This document shows positions 56,837 to 64,000 of a stretch of DNA of 64,000 nt, in pieces. The notes under the pieces are model-generated. The model searched no databases. It had not been told where the DNA came from and was given only the letters and a program-made list of their open reading frames with translations. The first letter of the stretch is position 1. Every line of letters begins with the position of its first letter. Made by a program: the position numbers and the translations under genes. The DNA is taken from the IMG/VR virus record IMGVR_UViG_3300013383_000027, positions 19,008 through 83,007 of that record. The stretch is one strand, 5' to 3'. The DNA is from a virus (taxonomy: Duplodnaviria > Caudoviricetes).

Positions 56837-56857
56837 AAATTTCCACAACCAATACAG

Positions 56858-56892
56858 GAAACCACCAGGCGAATCTTGGTGGTTTCTTCTTT
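56858..56892 (+). terminator. Terminator after groEL
   Basis: GAAACCACCA...TGGTGGTTTC followed by a T-rich tract. Confidence 0.7.
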
Positions 56893-56911
56893 ATGTGGTT
56901 TAAAATGCCAC

Positions 56912-56939
56912 TTGACAATTAATGTGAATTTGCTATACT
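56912..56939 (+). promoter_or_regulatory. Sigma70-like promoter of the gp47-gp46 operon
   Basis: TTGACA-N16-TATACT. Confidence 0.7.
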
Positions 56940-56981
56940 ACTTAACATGGAAAATCCAAACGGTCTTAGCTGGGAACAGAC

Positions 56982-58202
56982 ATGTTGAAAATAGATGGCA
57001 CTACCCTGATATCGTCCGATTGGCACTTCGGGATAAAGAATTCGCAGACGTCAAGACTCAAGATCATGGGCAACGTTGTCCGCGAGATGGCGAAGTACAT
57101 CCGCCAGAACAAGATTGACAATTTGCTTTTCCTTGGTGACATGTTCCATCAGAGGAACAACCTGTCGGTTCAGACGATAAACGTCGCAATCGGATGCATT
57201 GATACGCTCTCGAAACTGTGCAACATATACCTGATTCTCGGAAATCACGATCTCTACAACAAAAACACGAACGAGATACATTCCCTGAACATCTTCAGGA
57301 ACACGAGAAATGTAACCGTCGTTTCAAAACCGACGGAAGCGATGATAAATGGGGAAAAATGCCTTCTTGCGCCGTGGCTAACAGATCTTACCGCATATGA
57401 GAAGGATTCGTTTGACAAGATGTTTGGACACTTCGATATTTCTCCGCAATATCTACTTGCATCCTACATCGAGCACAACAGGGAGAAGAATGTTGCATCT
57501 TTGGGTGCACTTGCTGCAATCGAAAACGACGAAATGCTGATGGAGTCTGGTCTTGATGGCATTGATTTCAATAGCGATGTAGACAAGAAAATTTTGAACG
57601 GCGATGTCAAGTCGTCCGAAATGATTGGAAGTTGGATAGAGGTCGTCAAGGACGGTGGAACAATATTCTCCGGACACATACACAACAGGAGTGAGTTCGT
57701 TTCGAAGGGGAGACAGTTCATATTTGTTGGTTCCCCATATCAGCAGACACTTGGGGAAATTGATTCAAACGATGGGTTCTACATTCTCGACAGGAAAAAC
57801 CGGTGGTCATTCCATCCTCTTTCCGGGATTCCGGTCCACGTCGACCTTGTCATGTCGAGAATCGTAAAGGACATTGACGGTTTCGACTTTTCCGTCGTGA
57901 TCGGTAATATAGTTCATAAAATATATGATGTTGAGGTCGACCGTGTTCTTGATGCGAAGATAACGAGAAAAATAGTAGATGCAAAGCCATATGAGGAGAT
58001 AACACCCGAGTACGACATCAGGGCATCCTCCGAAGACGTAGATGATGAGACGGTGAAGGCACTAAAGAAGTCGAAACTCGAGTACCTTCACAATTATATC
58101 AACAGCATAGACGACTCCACCCTGAAAAAAGAAGATCTTGACAGGGGACGCCTGTTTGAGATAACTACGGAGTATTACAACATGGTTGATGAGGGGGTCT
58201 GA
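56982..58202 (+). CDS. Recombination nuclease, T4 gp47/SbcD-like metallophosphoesterase
   Basis: SDWHFG, LGDMFH, GNHD, GHFD, GHIH and VGSPYQ motifs. Confidence 0.9.
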   Translation: MLKIDGTTLISSDWHFGIKNSQTSRLKIMGNVVREMAKYIRQNKIDNLLFLGDMFHQRNNLSVQTINVAIGCIDTLSKLCNIYLILGNHDLYNKNTNEIHSLNIFRNTRNVTVVSKPTEAMINGEKCLLAPWLTDLTAYEKDSFDKMFGHFDISPQYLLASYIEHNREKNVASLGALAAIENDEMLMESGLDGIDFNSDVDKKILNGDVKSSEMIGSWIEVVKDGGTIFSGHIHNRSEFVSKGRQFIFVGSPYQQTLGEIDSNDGFYILDRKNRWSFHPLSGIPVHVDLVMSRIVKDIDGFDFSVVIGNIVHKIYDVEVDRVLDAKITRKIVDAKPYEEITPEYDIRASSEDVDDETVKALKKSKLEYLHNYINSIDDSTLKKEDLDRGRLFEITTEYYNMVDEGV

Positions 58203-58204
58203 AA

Positions 58205-60037
58205 TTGAAACTCGTATTCAGGAAGCTTGAGATTCACAACTTCATGTCGTTCGCGGACGAGACAATTAACTTCGACGACTTTCCCGGGATGACAAGGATA
58301 ACGGGAAGGAACTTCGACCTTCCGAACCAGAAGAACGGTGCGGGCAAGAGCTCCATATCGAATTCGCTTGTCTATGCGTTATACGGACAGCTTCCATTCA
58401 AACTCAGAAACGACAATATCTGCAACCGGTATGTCAAGGACAAAAACGTGTGTGTTGCCCTTACGTTCGATTCCGCCCGCCGTCACTTCAAGGTCGTCTC
58501 AGGCATGAAGGGGCGCACCTCGTACTGCAATCTGTTCGAAATCGTCAAGGGTGAGGAGAAGGATATCACGAAATCGACGATAGCCGAAACGAGGCTGTTC
58601 CTCGAGAGGGAGATATTGAGATGTGACCTCAACCTGTTCATGCGGACGATATTCCTGAACTCGGACCCAAACTACAACTTCTACAACCTGAAGAGCGTAG
58701 ATAAGAAGGAGTTCATCGATAAACTCTTCGACATATCAAAATTCGGCAACATGTATGGGGTAATACACAGGGATGTCCTGTCAATGGACAAGGACATCCT
58801 CGCCCACCAGAACAGGCTTATTGTCATGAACAACGCAAAAGCTGACTACGAGGAGCGGTCGCGGGAATTCGAGGAGAGGAAATCTCGTAATGTCGCGTCA
58901 CTCGAAAAGGAATTGAATGGTCTTCGGGTGGCGTTCGACAGGAAGAGTAAGGTCGTTGTTAAGAGGAATACAGAGTTAATCTCCAAGTGTGAAGGGGGAA
59001 TAGGGAAGCTCGAAAGGTCAATTGGTTGTGTTAACGAGTTGATAACCAAGGTTGACATTGAACTGGGAGGTCTGAAGCATTCGATTTCAAGGTGTATTTC
59101 GTCGATATCCGATAAACAGAGGATAATCGACAGGCACAGCGAACTGAAGTCGAGGTTGTGTGACGGATGCAGGGAGATATTTTCAGACTATTATTCTCTC
59201 AAGAAGTACGAGGATGAGATATCCAGGCTCACGAAGGAAAGGGACGGTTCCGAACGGAGGGTTTCTGAGCTGAAGGAACGCCGCGAAAAGCTTGTTCTGG
59301 AAAAGAAAGACCTGATTGAAAAGCGGGAAAAGCTTTCAACAAACCTCGTCAAGTTGAATTCGGATTACGACAGTGCGCAGAAGGAACTCAGAAGACTTGA
59401 ACTTGACATTGGGGGGTGCAAATCCCACCTTGACAGCGAGAGGAAATCCGTGAATCCATATGAACGCATGATAGAGGAGAACAATTCGAAGATTTCCGAA
59501 GAAATGGGAAAATTGTCGGAGATTGTGGATAGATACAGGTACGTGAAGTTTGTCGAAGGGATGGTCAACCAGGACAATCTCAAGAAATTCGTCATCCGCG
59601 ATCTCGTTGGATTGCTGAACAACAAGATAAAGTACTATCTGCACAAGCTCGGGGCGGACTATGACATCGTGTTTAATGACGAGATGGACTACGATTTCGT
59701 GACTGAGGCTAAGGATGGCGTCGAGTTCAACAACTTCAGCAAGGGAGAACAGGCTCGAATCTCGATAGCGACGTGTTTTGCGTTCCGGGATTTTCTATCG
59801 ACGAGAAGCAACATCTCCGCAAACATACTAATTCTCGACGAATTTTTCGACGGCAATGTCGATCCGTCCGCAATCGAGAACACGGTTGACATCCTTAGTG
59901 GATTCGTCAGGGACAACAGGCAGAAGATATTCATCGTAAGCCATCGTCTCGAAGTCAATGACGACATATTCACAACAATCATGAATGTCAACAAGCGCAA
60001 CAAGATAAGTTCAATACAATGTGTCAAGATGCGTTAA
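58205..60037 (+). CDS. Recombination ATPase, T4 gp46/SbcC-like
   Basis: Walker A NGAGKS, coiled coil with CDGC hook, FSKGE signature, ILDE Walker B, SH loop. Confidence 0.9.
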   Translation: MKLVFRKLEIHNFMSFADETINFDDFPGMTRITGRNFDLPNQKNGAGKSSISNSLVYALYGQLPFKLRNDNICNRYVKDKNVCVALTFDSARRHFKVVSGMKGRTSYCNLFEIVKGEEKDITKSTIAETRLFLEREILRCDLNLFMRTIFLNSDPNYNFYNLKSVDKKEFIDKLFDISKFGNMYGVIHRDVLSMDKDILAHQNRLIVMNNAKADYEERSREFEERKSRNVASLEKELNGLRVAFDRKSKVVVKRNTELISKCEGGIGKLERSIGCVNELITKVDIELGGLKHSISRCISSISDKQRIIDRHSELKSRLCDGCREIFSDYYSLKKYEDEISRLTKERDGSERRVSELKERREKLVLEKKDLIEKREKLSTNLVKLNSDYDSAQKELRRLELDIGGCKSHLDSERKSVNPYERMIEENNSKISEEMGKLSEIVDRYRYVKFVEGMVNQDNLKKFVIRDLVGLLNNKIKYYLHKLGADYDIVFNDEMDYDFVTEAKDGVEFNNFSKGEQARISIATCFAFRDFLSTRSNISANILILDEFFDGNVDPSAIENTVDILSGFVRDNRQKIFIVSHRLEVNDDIFTTIMNVNKRNKISSIQCVKMR

Positions 60038-60724
60038 ATGCGGTACAATACTCATGTGAACTGGTTCAGGAAATTGTTTCCGTCAAAGAAGGAAAAACAA
60101 ATGGCAAAGAAGTATGACATTCTCGTCTTCGACACCGACGTGACGGGTGGGAAGAAGATAGAGAAACAGACGGGTGTGATGGCTGGAAGCCCACAGGAAC
60201 TGATACGGATGTATTCGATGTGCGGTCAGAAGATCCAGATTGAACGAGAGTATGAGGATGCGGAGTCGAAGAATTACGGACATCAAGAGCACCTCGATCC
60301 GTCAAAGGTTGTCATGAACACGACGCTTGGTGGGGGTGGGCTCATGAAGGTTTCTCCAGAAGAGCAAAAGAGAATCGATGAGATCGAGCAGAAACAGTCC
60401 GAGATACGGAACTGTATCACGAGTGAACAAACCGATTCGGGAGTCGTTGGGAATCCGCGTGTCTTGACCCCTCCGAAGAACGAGCCATCGAAATTTTTTA
60501 TTGTCGGTGGGATAAAGTGTAAGATGGAGAATGGGAGGGTCTACCAAAAGCAGTGGATGAGGCTTACCGACGAGGAATCTGAGGAGTTTCGCGTTATTTC
60601 CGACAAGAGCAACAAGATATGCCCACTGAAGGATAAGCACATCGAAGTCATGAAGTGGGTAATTGCAGAAACGCCGGAAGAAAACAAAAAACCGGAAGAC
60701 AATTCTGGTCTAATCTGTGGTTAA
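60038..60724 (+). CDS. Hypothetical protein, 228 aa
   Basis: Long ORF coupled to the gp46-like gene, with matching codon style. Confidence 0.65.
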   Translation: MRYNTHVNWFRKLFPSKKEKQMAKKYDILVFDTDVTGGKKIEKQTGVMAGSPQELIRMYSMCGQKIQIEREYEDAESKNYGHQEHLDPSKVVMNTTLGGGGLMKVSPEEQKRIDEIEQKQSEIRNCITSEQTDSGVVGNPRVLTPPKNEPSKFFIVGGIKCKMENGRVYQKQWMRLTDEESEEFRVISDKSNKICPLKDKHIEVMKWVIAETPEENKKPEDNSGLICG

Positions 60725-60730
60725 AAATAC

Positions 60731-60880
60731 AAAACTTACGACCGCGACAGGAACGCGGCAGTAAACATTCTTCGGGAAGGGGCATCTTCCCGTTGGCGAG
60801 ACGCCGTAAGACCGCCGGAGACGGCGGCTGGCGTCACCTGAACCCAGAATCTCGTGGCTTCAGCCGTGAGAGTGTGTCAA
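60731..60880 (+). mobile_element. Orphan tnpB 3' end plus right-end RNA (ISDra2-like architecture) ending TCAA
   Basis: Encodes YDRDRNAAVNILREG, then GTAAGACC..., a hairpin CTCGTGG-CTTCAG-CCGTGAG and a terminal GTGTCAA. Confidence 0.8.
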
Positions 60881-60956
60881 GAAAACACATAAACAGATTT
60901 TGCCAAAAAACTACATTTTGGACACAATAAATTTTTTGAAAACCATAAAGGAACAA

Positions 60957-61337
60957 ATGATGAACAGTGCGAACATGTCACAAAAAAACGAAGATGCAAT
61001 TGCAGAGAAAGAGGAAATCAAACATCCGAATCGTTATAACAAGAATGGTATTGAGGTGTGGGAAGTCGAGAAGGCTTTTTCCGCTACTCCAGAAAAGAAC
61101 ATTCCACACTTCGTCGAGCACCTTAGGTTTGGTGCCGTTGAGTACCTTCTCCGTTGTTGGGACAAGAACGGAGTCGAGGACATCAAGAAAGCCATGAATC
61201 TTTGTGGAAAGATGCTTAAGGAACTTGAGTGTGTGAAGGTTGTGCAGGATGAGTTCGTGAATTCCTCGGATATCAATGTCATGTTGACAATTGAAGAAGA
61301 CGAAGAACCGACGGTTGCTATCGTCGGGCAAATCTAA
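60957..61337 (+). CDS. DUF3310/SaV-like protein, 126 aa
   Basis: IKHPNRY..GIEVWE..GAVEYLLRC.DKNGVEDIKKA pattern. Confidence 0.75.
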   Translation: MMNSANMSQKNEDAIAEKEEIKHPNRYNKNGIEVWEVEKAFSATPEKNIPHFVEHLRFGAVEYLLRCWDKNGVEDIKKAMNLCGKMLKELECVKVVQDEFVNSSDINVMLTIEEDEEPTVAIVGQI

Positions 61338-61347
61338 AGGTCTTAAA

Positions 61348-62109
61348 ATGATTTTGCTTGACGTAGTTTTCGTTTCAAAGAACGATTCCTTCTCGTTTAC
61401 CGAAGAGGACGAGAAGAACTTTTTTCTCCTAAACCCAACCTTTTCAAAGTACATAACTTTTACGAGAATTCCGAACAATACGGACAACTTGACAAAGGTG
61501 TACAATCGCACACTCGACGAAAAGACAAACGGAAAACAACCCGACTTCGTTGCGTTCGTCCATTCCGACTCGACGATGGACTTTATCCACATTTTCAACA
61601 AGCTTGATGAATGCAAGGAAAAATATGATGTCATCGGACTGTGCGGAACACAGAGGGTAGTGACATCACAGACACCCTTGAACTGGTTCACCTCTAGCAT
61701 ACCATGCCCCGACAGGAGGGTCGGTTGTGTAAAGCACGGCGACGGGAGAGAATCATACTTCAGCAGGACCCGCCCTGGGCTTGAGGATGCCCCCGTTGGA
61801 ATGATAGACGGGGTGTTCATTGCGTTTGGCAGAAGGGCTCTTGAAAGGGGGATTAGATTTGACGAGCAGTTCGCGTTCGATCAGTACGACAGTGACATAT
61901 CATTCCAGGCTCTCCTTAAATATAATCTTAGACTTGGCGTGATAGTCGAGAAGAGCCTTGTTCACCAAAGCGTCGGAAAGTCGATACTGACAAGGGATTT
62001 TCTTGTTCATGAGCTTGATTTCAGAAAGAAGTGGAATCTTGACATTCCAAAGGGTACACTGCTCGAGAGGCTTGTGCAGAAAGTCGATGGCAACGAATTG
62101 TTGACCTGA
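61348..62109 (+). CDS. GT-A (family 2-like) glycosyltransferase, 253 aa
   Basis: FVHSD, IDGVFIA and FDEQFAFDQYDSDI motifs. Confidence 0.7.
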   Translation: MILLDVVFVSKNDSFSFTEEDEKNFFLLNPTFSKYITFTRIPNNTDNLTKVYNRTLDEKTNGKQPDFVAFVHSDSTMDFIHIFNKLDECKEKYDVIGLCGTQRVVTSQTPLNWFTSSIPCPDRRVGCVKHGDGRESYFSRTRPGLEDAPVGMIDGVFIAFGRRALERGIRFDEQFAFDQYDSDISFQALLKYNLRLGVIVEKSLVHQSVGKSILTRDFLVHELDFRKKWNLDIPKGTLLERLVQKVDGNELLT

Positions 62110-62568
62110 TCAAATCAACTGTTTTTCAGTTATCACCCTGAAGACCGCGCCGTTCAGCCGTGCGGTCTTTTTCGCCTGTTCCCATTTTGACTTGTTTTTG
62201 ATCCACGTGATGACGTTTTTTGTCTTGCTTTCATTGACGGGTCTCTTGACTTCGCTCGAATGCTTCACTTCTACCCATATTTTCTTCGTCCCACCCTTTC
62301 CATCAGAAACCCATATCACGAAATCAATGAAGTAGTTTCTCAGTTTCGGTGGATTAGACGACCTGTCCATGTACTTTATGTGCACGGTTTCGTACTGCCA
62401 GCATACAATGTCCTTGTTCCTGTCGCAGTAGAGCATGAATCTGTGTTCCAGTTTGCTCTTGAACATTGGGGGATATTCACCACGATACTTTTCCCTGTGA
62501 ATCGGGAAGTACTTCCCCGTTTCCGCATTGGAGTATTTCCCTCTGTGCTGTCCGTTAACCCTAATCAT
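62110..62568 (-). CDS. Head completion nuclease, T4 gp4-like (TnsA-like fold)
   Basis: GKY.P..REKYRG, FKSKLE..FM.YCD.N..I..W, YFIDF, VEVK and NKSKW motifs. Confidence 0.85.
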   Translation of the reverse strand: MIRVNGQHRGKYSNAETGKYFPIHREKYRGEYPPMFKSKLEHRFMLYCDRNKDIVCWQYETVHIKYMDRSSNPPKLRNYFIDFVIWVSDGKGGTKKIWVEVKHSSEVKRPVNESKTKNVITWIKNKSKWEQAKKTARLNGAVFRVITEKQLI

Positions 62569-63520
62569 CTGGAAGTTCGTCGAAATTCCATTCTAGCCTG
62601 TCAACGTAATCGCTGTCGTCGAAACCCTGTGCACACAAGGAATCCACCCAATCCATGTGTCTGCTGTAGCTTGAAAGAAGTGGTACCGGGTAAAATCCGA
62701 CATACATTCTGTTGATTAGCGGAATGAAACCGTCCTGTTTCGGATCTTCAATTGGAACCTCAACCGAAAGTTCTGTCGAGATTTCTGTCGTCACCTGTTC
62801 CGTCACGGTTATCGAAAGGTCCTTGTCCAGAAAGTCCTCGATATGCCTCTTGTCGTCGTCTGTAAGTTTGCGGATATACGATGACAGTCCCGTGTACTTT
62901 CTTACGTCAACGATTGTCGATATTTCGGTTGTCCTCTATTTTGCCTTCTGGTTTCCGCAGAACATGTATGTCTTGAACGTGAAGTTGCAGGTAGCCTGTA
63001 TGAGATCGTCTGTCGATGGGTCAATCTCGTCGCCGTGATCCTCGGTTATGCCATCCTCCATTATGACCTGGTTTGTAAAGAACAGCCCTTCGAACTTCGG
63101 ATGTTGACACCTGACGAACAAATCCTTGTTGAAGAACGGTATGAAATTTGAGAGAGCCTTGTCAATCTGTTCCTGGTATTTTGATATAATTGTGACTTCG
63201 TACGATATGTCAATGGGGACCGGAGTGAATATATTGTAATTCAGCCTTCTCGATGATGTTGCATATTTCACCTCGTTGTTGACGTTCGCAAGCCTGTCAT
63301 TGTTCTTTGTAACCCCCGTTCTCTGTATCACGATGAGCGGAAGATTGTAAATTGCGTTCTTGTCCGGGTTTTCAAGGCTCTTGAATATCCTCGACCTGTT
63401 CCCGAGGACACAGGAGAACCTTGTCCTTTTGTTTCCCTACTGTATGGCTATGTTGCTGAAAAGACGCTTGAACTGCGCATTTGCAAGAGATAGCTCCTGA
63501 TTCCAAGACTGAATTTCCAT
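62555..63520 (-). CDS. Tail sheath stabiliser/completion protein, T4 gp15-like, 321 aa (3 TAG)
   Basis: FKRLFSNIAI, LPLIVIQRTG and PVPIDISYEVTI..EQI..FIPFFN motifs; true stop TAA at 62555. Confidence 0.8.
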
Positions 63521-63539
63521 TACAGATAACTTTTAGGCA

Positions 63540-63546
63540 TATTTAC
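63540..63546 (-). promoter_or_regulatory. Late-promoter motif GTAAATA
   Basis: Upstream of the gp15-like ATG 63520. Confidence 0.65.
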
Positions 63547-63598
63547 AAGAGAAACGACGAGAAAAAATGCTACGTCTTCGGTATGGCATAGGGTTCAC
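63547..63598 (+). mobile_element. Degenerate mini-element (52 bp)
   Basis: TTTAC|AAGAGAAACGACGAGAAAAAATGCTACGTCTTCGGTATGGCATAGGGTTCAC. Confidence 0.7.
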
Positions 63599-63666
63599 GG
63601 GTGATTTGACAAGAAACATGCAAATTATTCAGGCGAAACAGCCGCCACAAAAGCAAGAAAATCCAA

Positions 63667-63717
63667 GTGAACTCTATGCCAGGCTAAAGATATGGCATCT
63701 ATCTTGCGAATTTTTGT
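63667..63717 (-). mobile_element. Mini-element, minus orientation
   Basis: Plus strand reads GTGAACTCTATGCCAGGCTAAAGATATGGCATCTATCTTG. Confidence 0.7.
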
Positions 63718-63864
63718 GTATTGCAAAAATTCGCAAGGAAAAACTTAGAAGTTCATGTTAATTAAATTCTTTAATTATTTATATTTATATAATACTAAAA
63801 TTTTTATTTTAAATAAACTTTTTAATAATATTTAAAGTTAATAAATATTAAAGTAAATACAATC

Positions 63865-64000
63865 ATGACAACGCTTAAATTGAAATTAGAAAATGAAATA
63901 GATATTCTGAAAGAACAGAAAACTTTCAGCAATATTGTTCGTCTTTCATTTAATCGTTTTCAGGATGGTTTAAAAGAAAAAGAAGTTAGAGAATTTCTGA
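63865..64000 (+). CDS. N-terminus of a probable TnpB-related protein (same family as 46239..46769), truncated by the window end
   Basis: MTTLKLKL..FSNIVRLSFNRFQDGLKEKEVR resembles N-termini I recall for this family; AT-rich leader. Only 45 codons are visible. Confidence 0.5.
   Translation, partial: MTTLKLKLENEIDILKEQKTFSNIVRLSFNRFQDGLKEKEVREFL

Noticed and set aside
60655-60930. Track ORF spanning the orphan right-end element
   Set aside because: It is a spurious frame across the end of the upstream gene and the tnpB/right-end remnant.
17667-63717. The 51-bp repeats as a conventional CRISPR array
   Set aside because: They are dispersed singly in both orientations between genes, with IS200/IS605-type ends and no regular spacers.
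1-64000. Suppressor tRNA (CUA) or release-factor gene
   Set aside because: GGTTCGA-like hits (about 11938, 14973, 37349, 38824) are inside coding sequence and lack a cloverleaf. None was found in this window; one may lie elsewhere.
1-64000. Diversity-generating retroelement or retron
   Set aside because: No reverse transcriptase motifs and no template/variable repeat pair seen.

Overview
64 kb of a large T4-like (myovirus-type) jumbo phage genome that reads TAG as a sense codon, almost certainly Gln (genetic code 15). The fragmented ORF track is an artefact of using the standard code. With TAG read through, the minus strand resolves into about 37 tightly packed late/structural genes, all ending in TAA or TGA and many joined by ATGA/TGATG overlaps. 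They include a >2046 aa propeller-repeat protein, baseplate genes (gp6, gp25, gp5, gp53, hub), two tape-measure-like paralogs, a tail chaperone with a likely -1 frameshift, three tube-like and two sheath paralogs, neck/completion genes (gp14, gp15, gp4) and a spanin/ferritin/protease operon. Plus-strand genes (UvsY, UvsW, GroEL, gp47/gp46, a homing endonuclease, a lipoprotein, a glycosyltransferase) contain no TAG, and several have sigma70-type promoters. Minus-strand units are preceded by a GTAAATA late-promoter motif. About 14 copies of a 51-bp IS200/IS605-end-like hairpin mini-element are dispersed through the window; 10 directly abut the TTTAC that is the complement of that promoter core. 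There are also four orphan TnpB omegaRNA/right-end-like modules, a truncated TnpB-related ORF and the start of a probable TnpB-related gene at the right edge. All calls are from manual motif recognition and hand counts; no database searches were run.
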